Shown: in pieces, positions 44,612-53,627 of the stretch
Numbering within the stretch: the stretch's first letter is position 1
How the letters are laid out: each line of letters opens with the position of its first letter
NCBI GenBank assembly: GCA_963740785.1
Contig: CAVUFO010000014.1
Span: 156,605-220,604 of the forward strand
Length of the DNA: 64,000 bases
Direction: 5' to 3'
Source: an uncultured Actinomycetota bacterium
GTDB taxonomy: Bacteria; Actinomycetota; Actinomycetes; Streptosporangiales; Streptosporangiaceae
Program-made: the position numbers and the translations under genes
The notes under the pieces: generated by a model
The model's database searches: none
Told to the model about the DNA's origin: nothing
What the model saw: only the letters and a program-made list of their open reading frames with translations

Positions 44612-46045
44612 TCAGGCAGGATCGGCGTGCGTCTGGCCGCCCGCCGCGCCTGCCACGCACACCCGGTCGGCGGTCACGGCTGAGCAGGCCGCAAGCTCGC
44701 GGTCATCGGCCACCCTGGCGGCCTGCCTGGTCTCCGGAGCGGACAAGCCCGCGACCGCCGCCAGGCCGAGCACGCCGGCGGCCAGGCAGAAGGCCGCGCC
44801 ATAGGAGACCGAGTCGACGAGGAAGCCGACCGCGACCGGGCCGCTCACGGTGCCGATGTCGCCAGCCATCTGGTACGACGCGACCACCGTTCCGCCCTGC
44901 CCGTTGTTAACCCCGTGCTGACCGGCCCCGTGCTGACCGGCCCCGTGCTGACCGGCCCCGTGCTGACCGGCCCCGTGCTGACCGGCCCCGCTCCGGCCGC
45001 CGCCCAGCAGGTCGCCGATCATCGCGGCAGGCGCGACGTCGAGCAGCCCCGACCCGATGCCGAGCACGGCCAGCGCGACCAGGAAGCCCCACAGCCCGGG
45101 CAGCAGCGCCAGCATGACCATGCTCGCGCCGCTGATCAGGCAGCCGGCCACGATGACCGGCCGGCGGCCGATGGTGTCGGCTACCCGCCCGCCAGGCAGC
45201 AGCGTCGCGGCGTTCAGCGCGGCGACCACGAGAAACCCGATCCCGGTCCAGGCCGCCGATTCGTGCAGCACGTCGCGCACGAACAGCGGCACGATCGCGC
45301 TCCTGACGCCCATGACAGCGAAGCCATCGGCCAGGTTTGCCGAGGCCGCCGCCCGGTAGGCGCGGCTGCGCAGCGCCGCGGCGATCCCGGCGAGCGGCCG
45401 CTGCGCCCGCGCCGCCTCGTCCCCGGCCACGCGCGGGCTATCGTGCAGCACGATCACGGCGATCGCGGCCGGGATCAGCAGCATCCCGCCGTAGATGAAG
45501 AACGGGGCACGCAGCGACCAGGCCGCGACAAGGCCGCCGATGGCTGGCCCGCTGATGCCGCCGAGCAGGAAGCCGCCCGTGTAGAGGCCGCTGGCGCGCC
45601 CGCGCTGTTCCGAGGGCACGCAGCGCAGCAACAGCGTCTGCGCCCCGACGCTGAACATCGCCGAGCCGAGCCCGCCGACCCCGCGCAGCGCGATCAGCTG
45701 GGCGAAGGAACCAGAGAACCCGGCGAGCACGCTGCTGGCAGCCACGATCGCGATGCCGGCGGCGATCATCTTGCGCTCGCCGATGCGGTCCAGGAGCCTG
45801 CCGGACGGCAGCGCGCCGATGATCCGCATCAGCGCGAACGCGCTGATCACGCTCGCCGCCGCGGCGGTGCTTACGCCGAATTGCCGGGCAAATGCTGGAA
45901 TGCCAGGAGCGACGATCCCGTATCCGAGCGCGACGGTGAAGGAGACAGACGTGAGGATGGCCACCTCGCGCGGCAGCGCGCGGAAGAGCCCGGGGCGGCG
46001 GGGGGTAGGCACAACGGGCATTCTCTCAGGGCGATAACCAGGCAC
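44612..46045 (-). CDS. MFS transporter carrying an in-frame (GAGQH)x5 insertion
   Basis: The multi-TM MFS pattern is present (LPSGRLLDRIGERK, the motif-A-like loop). The repeat sits in ...MIGDLLGGGRSGAGQHGAGQHGAGQHGAGQHGAGQHGVNNGQGGTVVASYQMAGDIG, which is the second motif-A-like loop. Confidence 0.85.
   Translation of the reverse strand: MPGYRPERMPVVPTPRRPGLFRALPREVAILTSVSFTVALGYGIVAPGIPAFARQFGVSTAAAASVISAFALMRIIGALPSGRLLDRIGERKMIAAGIAIVAASSVLAGFSGSFAQLIALRGVGGLGSAMFSVGAQTLLLRCVPSEQRGRASGLYTGGFLLGGISGPAIGGLVAAWSLRAPFFIYGGMLLIPAAIAVIVLHDSPRVAGDEAARAQRPLAGIAAALRSRAYRAAASANLADGFAVMGVRSAIVPLFVRDVLHESAAWTGIGFLVVAALNAATLLPGGRVADTIGRRPVIVAGCLISGASMVMLALLPGLWGFLVALAVLGIGSGLLDVAPAAMIGDLLGGGRSGAGQHGAGQHGAGQHGAGQHGAGQHGVNNGQGGTVVASYQMAGDIGTVSGPVAVGFLVDSVSYGAAFCLAAGVLGLAAVAGLSAPETRQAARVADDRELAACSAVTADRVCVAGAAGGQTHADPA
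44911..44985. repeat. 15-bp tandem repeat CCCCGTGCTGACCGG x5 (perfect), in frame in the MFS gene
   Basis: Read directly. A degenerate sixth unit follows at 44986. Confidence 0.95.
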
Positions 46046-46174
46046 GGCGGCCAGTCCCTGCCGCGGCGCTGGTCGCCGCCCGCCAACCGCGGCGCCTCCC
46101 CTGCGGAGCGCACTCGGTCACGCTGGCGGCGCGCGCCGGCCCTGAGTGTCCGAATCTGCTGTGATACTGGGAGT

Positions 46175-49147
46175 GTGCTTGGAGTCCGGAGAACCGCGCT
46201 AGTCGGCAGAGAGGCCGAGCTGAGCCATCTGGTGCGGATGCTCGAGTCGGCGGCGGACGGCCGCCCGGTCGTGACGCTGATCAGCGGCGACGCCGGTGTC
46301 GGCAAGACGCGCCTGGTCACCGAGCTCGCCGGCCGCGCCCGCGAGAGCGGGTTCACGGTGCTGTCGGGGCGGTGCGCCGAGCTCGGCGATGCGGTGCCTT
46401 ACCTGCCGCTCGCCGATGCCCTCCGCGACGCGACCACGGGGCCATCCCCTGGCGCGCCGCTGCTGGACGCGCTTGCCGCGCGGCCCGTGCTGTCGCGGCT
46501 GCTGCCGGACAGGAACGAGAATGCGCCAGCCGGCGGCGACATGCCGGGCCTGGTCCAGCAGCAGCTGTTCGGCGCGGTGCTCGGCATGCTCAGCGAGCTC
46601 GCCGCGGCCAGCCCGGTGCTGCTCGTGCTCGAGGACGTGCACTGGGCCGATCAGTCCACCCGCGACCTGCTGACGTTCCTGAGCCGGATGCTGCACGCTG
46701 AGCGCATCGCGGTCGTGGCGACCTACCGCTCGGACGACATGCACCGCAGGCACCCGCTCAGGCCGCTCGCCGCCGAGCTGCTCAGGCTGCCGACCGTCAG
46801 CTCGATCGAGCTCGGCCCGCTGACCGCTTCGGCGATGGCGCAGCACCTGACGGCGCTGTCGCTGCGCAGGCTGGACGCTCAGGCCATCGACAAGATGATC
46901 ACCAGGGCCGAGGGCAACGCGTACTACGCGGAGGAGCTGCTCGCGGCGTCATCGGCAGGAACGCAGCTCCCCGCCGGGCTGGCCGACCTGCTCCTGGCCA
47001 GGATGGAGCGCCTGTCTGCCCCCGCCCAGCAAGTGCTGCGGACCGCGGCAGTCACCGGCCGCCGGGTCGACGACGAGCTGGTCAGGCTGGCCTCGGGACT
47101 GGACGAGCTGGTCTACGACGACGCTGTGCGGGAGGCGGTCGCGCACCAGCTGCTCGTGCCGGACGGGGAGCAGGGCTATTCGTTCCGGCACGCGCTGCTC
47201 CGCGAGGCCATCTATGCGGACTTGCTGCCTGGCGAGCGCACCAGGCTGCACGCGCGGCTGGCTGACCTGCTCGCAGACGAGCGGCGGCTCTCCGAGGTGC
47301 CTGGCACGGCCGCCGAGCTCGCCCATCACTGCCTGGCCAGCCACGACATCCAGGGTGCGTTCTCCGCATCGGTGCAGGCCGGTGAGGAGGCGGAACGGCT
47401 GGCCGCTCCGGCGGAAGCGCACCGCCACTACGATCAGGCGCTCTCGCTGTGGGAGCGGGTCACTGACCCGGAGAAGCTCGCCGGGGTCGGGCGGGGGAAG
47501 CTGGCGTTCTGGTCGGCCGTCAGCGCCGCCGACGGCGGCGAGCTCGCGCGCGCCGCGGGCCAGCTCCGCCGGCTGCTCGGCTACCTCGACGAGAGCACCG
47601 ACAGAAGGTTGCTCTGCCGGGTGCAGGAGCGGCTGTCGTACTTCCTGAACGACCTCGGCGAGGACGCCGCGGCCGCCGCGGTCGGCCAGGCGGCGGTTGA
47701 CGCGCTGCCTGCCGACCCGCCTACCTGGGAGCATGCGAGGGCGCTGGCGACTCACGCCAGGGCGCTGCTCGCGTTCGGTGACCAGGACGCGGTGCGGGCC
47801 AGGGCTGAGCAAGCGCGCGCCGCGGCGCTGGCCGCCGGAGCGCCGTGGGTGGAAGCCGATGCCCTGGTCACGCTCGGCCTGATCAGCGAGCGGTCAGGGA
47901 AGATCGCCGACGCGATCGCGATGTTCAGCACCGCGCACCGGCAGGCAGCCGAGGCGCGCGTGCTCGGCGTGGAGCTGCGGGCGACCTACCAGCTCGCCAG
48001 GCTCCAGCTGGAGCAGGGCGACCTGGACAGCGCGGCGACGTTCGCGCACGAGGGCACGGAGCGGGCGAACGGCGCCGGCCTCGGTCTCGCGCAGTACGGC
48101 CTTGACCTTCAGTACCTGCACTACCTCGCGCACTTCGCCGATGGCGCCTGGGATCACGCCGAGGCGATCGCTGACGGGTTCCCGGTCAGGGTGACCGGCC
48201 CTGCCGAGGCCAGGCTGTCCGCGATGGCCCTGTTCATCGCCGTCGGCCGGGGCCTGGAGGTGGCCGAGGAGCGCCGGGTGTGGCTCGAGCCGATGTTCGT
48301 CAAGGACGGGTTCGTCGAGTACATCACCCGCGGCGTGCTGGCCGAGCGTCACCTGTGGCGCGGCGACCCGGCGACGGCGATCGCGGAGATCCAGGCCACG
48401 ATCAGGGCCATCGAGGAGTACGACGAGGGCTATTACAGCCCGCAGCTGATCAGGGTCGCGGCCGTCGGCTTGTGGGCGCTCGCGGACCGGGCGGGCGCGG
48501 CCAGGCTGAACGGAGACTCCGGCCGGCTCGCGAGCGCGCTCGATGAGGCCGGCCGGCTGCTGGAGATCGCGAGGGCCGGAGCGGCGAACCCGCGGATGCC
48601 CGGGTACGCGCTCGGCGTCGACGGGCGCGGCTGGCTGGCCCGGGCCGTCGCTGAGCACAGTCGCGCGAACGGCGACAACGCGCCTGCCCGGTGGCAGGCG
48701 GTCGTGGACGCGTTCGGCGAAGGGTTCGCCTACGAGACCGCGCGGGCGCGCTGGAGGCTCGCCGAGTCGCTGGCCGAGCAAGGCGACCGGGAGGCAGCCG
48801 CGGTGCAGTGGCAACTCGCGGCGCAGGCTGCCGGGCTGCTGGGAGCGACGCCGCTCCAGGCCGCGCTCACGGACCTGGGCAGGCGCGCGAGGATCGGCAG
48901 CACCGTGCGGGGGAGCGGCGGCCCTGACCGCGGACCGCTGGCCAGCCTCACCGAGCGGGAGCGGGAGGTGCTGGCGCTGCTGGCCGCGGGCTGCAGCAAC
49001 AGGGAGATCGGCGGGGAGCTGTTCATCTCACCGAAGACGGTCAGCGTGCACGTCTCGAACATCCTTGGCAAGCTGAAGGCCGCGAGCCGTACCGAGGCCG
49101 CCGCGATCGCTCATCGCGAAGGCCTGTCCACGGCGGCGGACAGGTAG
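46175..49147 (+). CDS. Large ATP-binding LuxR-family regulator (LAL/MalT-like: AAA ATPase + TPR-like repeats + C-terminal HTH)
   Basis: LVGREAELSHLVRMLESAADGRPVVTLISGDAGVGKTRL (P-loop), LVLEDVHWADQSTRDLL, and C-terminal LTEREREVLALLAAGCSNREIGGELFISPKTVSVHVSNILGKL. The ORF-track start at 44915 is antisense to the MFS gene. The GTG at 46175 was chosen, but the exact start is uncertain. Confidence 0.88.
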   Translation: MLGVRRTALVGREAELSHLVRMLESAADGRPVVTLISGDAGVGKTRLVTELAGRARESGFTVLSGRCAELGDAVPYLPLADALRDATTGPSPGAPLLDALAARPVLSRLLPDRNENAPAGGDMPGLVQQQLFGAVLGMLSELAAASPVLLVLEDVHWADQSTRDLLTFLSRMLHAERIAVVATYRSDDMHRRHPLRPLAAELLRLPTVSSIELGPLTASAMAQHLTALSLRRLDAQAIDKMITRAEGNAYYAEELLAASSAGTQLPAGLADLLLARMERLSAPAQQVLRTAAVTGRRVDDELVRLASGLDELVYDDAVREAVAHQLLVPDGEQGYSFRHALLREAIYADLLPGERTRLHARLADLLADERRLSEVPGTAAELAHHCLASHDIQGAFSASVQAGEEAERLAAPAEAHRHYDQALSLWERVTDPEKLAGVGRGKLAFWSAVSAADGGELARAAGQLRRLLGYLDESTDRRLLCRVQERLSYFLNDLGEDAAAAAVGQAAVDALPADPPTWEHARALATHARALLAFGDQDAVRARAEQARAAALAAGAPWVEADALVTLGLISERSGKIADAIAMFSTAHRQAAEARVLGVELRATYQLARLQLEQGDLDSAATFAHEGTERANGAGLGLAQYGLDLQYLHYLAHFADGAWDHAEAIADGFPVRVTGPAEARLSAMALFIAVGRGLEVAEERRVWLEPMFVKDGFVEYITRGVLAERHLWRGDPATAIAEIQATIRAIEEYDEGYYSPQLIRVAAVGLWALADRAGAARLNGDSGRLASALDEAGRLLEIARAGAANPRMPGYALGVDGRGWLARAVAEHSRANGDNAPARWQAVVDAFGEGFAYETARARWRLAESLAEQGDREAAAVQWQLAAQAAGLLGATPLQAALTDLGRRARIGSTVRGSGGPDRGPLASLTEREREVLALLAAGCSNREIGGELFISPKTVSVHVSNILGKLKAASRTEAAAIAHREGLSTAADR

Positions 49148-49153
49148 AACTGG

Positions 49154-49189
49154 AACGGCCCGTGCTCGCGGACGCGAGCACGGGCCGTT
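49154..49189. terminator. Bidirectional intrinsic-terminator-like hairpin (16-bp perfect stem, 4-nt loop)
   Basis: AACGGCCCGTGCTCGC-GGAC-GCGAGCACGGGCCGTT. It starts 7 nt after the LuxR-type gene's stop and lies between convergent genes. Confidence 0.7.
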
Positions 49190-49225
49190 GTCTGTCTGGT
49201 TAGCCTGCTGGTGGCCTGCCTGCTG

Positions 49226-49432
49226 TCACGCTGCCCGAGCGGAGAGCGGCGGGCAGGGAAGCTGCGGGCACGGCTCCTGCGCGGCCGGCTGGCCGTGGTG
49301 AGCGACGGCGCTGATGATGATCGCGCCGCGCCGGGCGCGGCGTGCCTCGCGGACACGCCGCTCCCGGATGGCCGAAGCCTGCATGTCCTTGACATGCTCG
49401 GCAGCCGCCATAGCTACGATCTGCGGATGCAT
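49226..49432 (-). CDS. Small hypothetical protein (68 aa)
   Basis: An AGGAGG RBS lies 5 nt upstream of ATG 49432. MHPQIVAMAAAEHVKDMQASAIRERRVREARRARRG... resembles a common class of small basic actinomycete proteins. Confidence 0.5.
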   Translation of the reverse strand: MHPQIVAMAAAEHVKDMQASAIRERRVREARRARRGAIIISAVAHHGQPAAQEPCPQLPCPPLSARAA

Positions 49433-49665
49433 TGCAACCTCCTGACGATCGGGCCTGTCCTGACCCGGCACAATTCAGGATGCTCGTAAGGCCCCCCGCC
49501 CGGCATCGGGAAGATGTCCTATCTCTGGCGGGTCAGCAGGCTTAGATCGCACCGCTCCCTGCTTACCTGGCGTTCATGCAGGTCAGAGCCGCTGGCGCAA
49601 CTCATTTTCCGGGACATCCGACCGGGCGTTTTGTACTGAATGCCCCTTTGTCAGGACGGCCGGGC

Positions 49666-50376
49666 CTATCCGCTCGCCAGCACCGCGAGAAGCGCGCCGC
49701 CGAGCATGAAGGGACCGAAGGAAATCATGCCCTGTCGGGAGATCCTGCCCGCCGCCAGCAAGACGAGGCCAGTCCCGGCGGCCAGCACGAACCCGAGGGT
49801 CGCGCCCATGACCAGGGTTCGCCAGCCGAGCCAGCCGAGCGCGATGCCGGCCAGGCCCGCCAGCTTGATGTCGCCCCCGCCCAGCTGCCCGCCGCTGGCC
49901 AGGCCGAGCAGCAGGTATCCGGTGCCGAGCGCCAGCCCGCCGGCCAGCGCGCGGAGCAGCGGCGCGCCGTCGTGGCTGGCCACCGCCGCGAGGCCGAGCA
50001 GCAGGATCAGGGCTGGATACGCGGGGAGCGTGAGGCTGTCCGGCAGGCGCTGGACCGCGGCGTCGATCTGGGCGAGGGCGACGGCGAGCACGCCGACGTA
50101 GGCGAACGCGGCCAGGTCAGGGCCGGTGCCGAACCTGGCGAACAGCAGTCCAGTTATCGCCGCCGCCGTCAGCTCGATGCCGGCGGGAACCCCGAACCAC
50201 GTGCCGCAGGCCACGCAGCGAAGGGCCGGCCGTGCGGGCAGCGGCGCCGCGCATGCCAGGCAGGCCGCCTGCTCGCACGCGCCGGAGGGAACGGAGAGCC
50301 GGTAGACCCGTCCCCGCAGCACGGTCGCGGCCGGCAGCGCGGCCACAGCGCCCGTTGCTGCCCACGCCAGGCTCAC
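49666..50376 (-). CDS. Prepilin (type IV leader) peptidase, A24 family
   Basis: Cys-rich N-terminus (CEQAACLACAAPL...CVACG). The two catalytic Asp contexts are present (AQIDAAVQRLPD and GGGDIKLAG). Multi-TM. Confidence 0.85.
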   Translation of the reverse strand: MSLAWAATGAVAALPAATVLRGRVYRLSVPSGACEQAACLACAAPLPARPALRCVACGTWFGVPAGIELTAAAITGLLFARFGTGPDLAAFAYVGVLAVALAQIDAAVQRLPDSLTLPAYPALILLLGLAAVASHDGAPLLRALAGGLALGTGYLLLGLASGGQLGGGDIKLAGLAGIALGWLGWRTLVMGATLGFVLAAGTGLVLLAAGRISRQGMISFGPFMLGGALLAVLASG

Positions 50377-50551
50377 CGCGGCCCGCAGCGGCTGGCGCCG
50401 CCGGCGGCGTATAACAGCCAGGCCGGCCTAGCTCTTAACATGACTCTCGCAGAACTCGCTTCCTGTCGCGGCGATCAGGCTGACGCGCCCGCCGGGCCCT
50501 GAACCGCCGCACCTGATCCGGCGCCTCTTAGTTTCCGGCATTATCTCGATC

Positions 50552-51098
50552 GTGTCCTACACGAACTTCTTTCTCGGCAGCGTCACGGTGGCCGGCGCGC
50601 TGACCGGGCTGCTCTTCGTCGCGCTGTCGGTCGCGCAGTCCCGCGAGCAGGGCAAGACCTCGCTCGAGCACCGTGGCCGGAACAGCGTTCACCGCGCTGG
50701 TCGACTCGCTGTGGATCTCGCTGATCGCCCTGCTGCCGGACGGCAACGGCATTCCGACGGCGAACCTGCTGCTCGGCATGCTGGGCGTGACCAGCACTGC
50801 GGGCCTTCGCGTGCGGCTCTCGCGCGCCAGGCCAGGGGAGCGGTTCACGCACCGGTGGCCGGTCCTGCTCGGGCTGATCCTGGCCACCTACGTGTGGCAG
50901 GTCGTGGTCTCCTTCACCGCGAAGACGCAGCGGTCGGCCATGCACGCCGGGGCCACGTTCGTGCTGGTCTTCTTCGCGGTCGGGATCGCGCGCTCCCGGG
51001 AACTGCTCGGCATGCGCGGCGGGGGATTCCTCGACCTGCTGGTCGGCCGGGCCCAGGCCGGGGGAACGAGCGAACCGCCGGAATCGCCCGCGTCATAG
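50552..51098 (+). pseudogene. Integral membrane protein split over two frames (apparent frameshift near 50640-50675)
   Basis: Helix 1 (MSYTNFFLGSVTVAGALTGLLFVALSVAQSREQGK) is in ORF 50552. The remaining helices (VAGTAFTALVDSLWISLIALLP...WPVLLGLILATYVWQVVVSF...ATFVLVFFAVGIA) are in ORF 50673..51098. Confidence 0.45.
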
Positions 51099-51113
51099 CG
51101 CCCGGATGCGCGC

Positions 51114-51143
51114 GGGCCCGCGCTGGCAAGCCAGCGCGGGCCC
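51114..51143. terminator. Hairpin (13-bp perfect stem GGGCCCGCGCTGG / CCAGCGCGGGCCC, loop CAAG) between convergent genes
   Basis: Read directly. Confidence 0.6.
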
Positions 51144-51263
51144 TCCTCCGCGACGAGAGCTAGTGCACCACGATGATGAAGTGCGTCACGCCCTTGGCGC
51201 CGGAGCCGTCCTTGGCCGACACCGTGACGTCGTAGCTGCCAGGCGTCGTCGGCGTGCCCGTGA

Positions 51264-52730
51264 TCAGGCCGTTCGTCGAGTGGGCGACCGACTTGATCGA
51301 CAGGCGGCCGGCAGGGTGCCGTTGCCGTTGTAGTGCAGCAGGCTGACCTTCGCGCTGTCCAGGCCGGTGATCTTGACGGACAACTTCTGGCCGTGGGTGC
51401 TGGACCGGCGGCCCGGGTCGACCAGGGTCACCATGCGCTTGCTGCCGGTGCCGAACGCGGCGGTGCCGTTCGGGGTGCCCAGGCCGGTCGGGCCGTCGAA
51501 GCCCGCCTTGCCCTGGCAGAGGTACGTGCCGCAGCTGCCGTTGGCACCCGACGTGACGTCGAACAGGTGACCCTTGCGCAGGTAGGAGTACTCGGCCGGG
51601 TAGGTGCGCGTCTTCGGGCTGCCAGCAAGCGCGTAGATCGCCGTGATGATCGGCGTGGACGCGCTCGTGCCGCCAACCTCGATGCCGCCTGGTGCGTGGA
51701 AGGTGTCGTAGACGACGACGCCGGTGGCGGGGTCAGCGACCGCGGAGACGTCGTTCTCGGTCCTGGTCAGGCAGCCTGTCGTCGGGTTCCGGTCAGCGAG
51801 CTGCCACGAGGGCTTGGCTTCGCCATTCGAGCAGCCAGAGGCGGTGCCGTCGCCGCCGGAGCTGGAACCCCACACCGACTCCGCAAAGCCGCGGCCGCCC
51901 GCCTTGTGCACCAGGCGGGTGCCGCCGATGGAGGTCACGTACTGCAGGTCGGCCGGGAAGGTCGGGCCGAAGCCCGCGTCGCCGGACGCGAAGTTGATCA
52001 CGCGCCCAGGGTGATTGAAGAAGTGGCTGAAGTGGTTCTGGCCGCTGAACTCAGGGCCGCCCCAGCTGTTGGACACGTACTTCGCGCCCATCTTCACGGC
52101 ACGGTTCACGGCCGTTCCAAGGTTATTGGTGGAATTGTTCGTCGCCTCGACCAGCAGGATATGGCACTTGGGGCAGATCGCCGAGGCCATGTCGAGGTCG
52201 AGCGCGATCTCGACGCCCCAGTTCGCGTTGCCCGCCGGCAGCGGGTGCGCCTTGCCGTTCTGGTTCACAATGCGCAGGCAGTGATTGGACGTCGTGCACG
52301 CCGGCAGGTGGAAGTGCGACCGGTAGACCTTGAGGTCGGCGTTCGCGTGCGGGTTGTTGAACGCGTCAACGATCGCGATCGTCTTGCCCTTGCCGCGCTG
52401 CGCTGCGGCGGTGACGAGCTTGTACGCCTTGCGCAAGTCGCCCGGCCCGTACGGCCCGTTTGCCGATGGCCTGATTCCCGCGGCCGGCGCCATGCCGGAG
52501 AAATGCACCGCGCGCACGATCGACATGCATGTCATCTGACCCGGCTTGGCCGGCGGGCAGGCATAGTGCTGGCCTGCCGGGAGCGCCGGGCGCGAGACCG
52601 CGCGGGTCGCCGGGTGCGAGCCGCTATGAGCCGAGCCTGAGGCAATGGCGGGCGCTGACACGCCAAGCACTCCAAGCGCGGCAACGACGGCAGCCGTTAC
52701 TGCCTGTCGAGTGAGCAAGACTGTGCGCAC
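51264..52730 (-). CDS. Secreted S53 (sedolisin/kumamolisin-type) serine peptidase; the C-terminal Ig-like domain continues in a shifted frame to 51160
   Basis: Signal peptide (AAVVAALGVLGVSAPAIASG). Pro-domain and catalytic region with DAFNNP, the EIALDLD motif and GGTSASTP (Ser nucleophile). The start is GTG 52730 with a GGAGG RBS. See the finding on the frameshift at about 51312. Confidence 0.85.
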   Translation of the reverse strand: MRTVLLTRQAVTAAVVAALGVLGVSAPAIASGSAHSGSHPATRAVSRPALPAGQHYACPPAKPGQMTCMSIVRAVHFSGMAPAAGIRPSANGPYGPGDLRKAYKLVTAAAQRGKGKTIAIVDAFNNPHANADLKVYRSHFHLPACTTSNHCLRIVNQNGKAHPLPAGNANWGVEIALDLDMASAICPKCHILLVEATNNSTNNLGTAVNRAVKMGAKYVSNSWGGPEFSGQNHFSHFFNHPGRVINFASGDAGFGPTFPADLQYVTSIGGTRLVHKAGGRGFAESVWGSSSGGDGTASGCSNGEAKPSWQLADRNPTTGCLTRTENDVSAVADPATGVVVYDTFHAPGGIEVGGTSASTPIITAIYALAGSPKTRTYPAEYSYLRKGHLFDVTSGANGSCGTYLCQGKAGFDGPTGLGTPNGTAAFGTGSKRMVTLVDPGRRSSTHGQKLSVKITGLDSAKVSLLHYNGNGTLPAACRSSRSPTRRTA

Positions 52731-52900
52731 AATTCCTCCGGTAGATCGATTGACTCGCTTTCAGCAGGCCGGTGGCCAGATATACCAGAGGCACTAGATC
52801 AAATGGCGCATTTCATCAAGGCATGACGATGTTGTTATGTGCGGTGAGTAGCCAGTTGTCACCTCATGTGACTGGAGGGCGCCGTCACGCGTGCGGCGAG

Positions 52901-53605
52901 TCAGCCCATGGGATAGCGGTGCATGCTCACCGCGTACTCGCAGCCAGCGCCCAGCCCGACGTAGCCCGCCATCGAGCGCAGGAACTCGTCAGGGTCGAAG
53001 TCCCTGCCCAGCCCTTCGATGTAGGCGCGGTGCTCGCGGAGCGACGCGACGCCCAGCCCGATCGTGTCGGTGACGTCGACGAAGTGAGTCGGCTCGCCGC
53101 TGGCCAGCACGTAGGCGTCCGTGATGGACGAGATCGCCTGGCCGGCCTCGGGGAAGACCCACTCGTTGGCCGCGTCCCGGCAGGCGTCGAGGACGGCGAG
53201 CCCTACGGCCCGGTGATCGGCGTGGTTGACCGGTCCTTCCTCGCCCCAGGTCAGGTCGAAGCTCGAGGTGATCACGACATCGGGGCGGAGCCTGCGGAAG
53301 GCGGCCGCGAGGTCGCGGCGAAGCGGGATGCCGTACTCGACCAGGCCGTCGACGTGGTCGAGGAACTCCATCTCGGTGACCCCGACGACCGCGGCGCTGC
53401 GCCTCTCCTCATCCATCCGCAGCGGTGCGACGTCGGCGGGCGCCATGCCGGCGATGCCGGCCTCGCCCCTGGTCGCGAGCACGTAAGAGACCGTCTTGCC
53501 CTGCCGCGTCCAGCGCGCGATGGCGGACGCGGCGCCGTACTCCAGATCGTCGGGGTGGGCGACGACCGCGACGGCGCGCTCCCAGTCCTCCGGCATCGGC
53601 TTCAT
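52901..53605 (-). CDS. PIG-L/LmbE-family deacetylase
   Basis: AVAVVAHPDDLEYGAASAIARW..., HADHRAVG. Confidence 0.85.
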   Translation of the reverse strand: MKPMPEDWERAVAVVAHPDDLEYGAASAIARWTRQGKTVSYVLATRGEAGIAGMAPADVAPLRMDEERRSAAVVGVTEMEFLDHVDGLVEYGIPLRRDLAAAFRRLRPDVVITSSFDLTWGEEGPVNHADHRAVGLAVLDACRDAANEWVFPEAGQAISSITDAYVLASGEPTHFVDVTDTIGLGVASLREHRAYIEGLGRDFDPDEFLRSMAGYVGLGAGCEYAVSMHRYPMG

Positions 53606-53627
53606 CAGCTCTCCTTCGTCGGTTCGA

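Noticed and set aside
44915-46174. A 420-codon N-terminal extension of the LuxR-type ORF (44915..49147)
   Set aside because: This part is antisense to the MFS gene and includes the mirror image of its 15-bp repeat (LTGPV x5). The conserved ATPase domain begins only after 46175.
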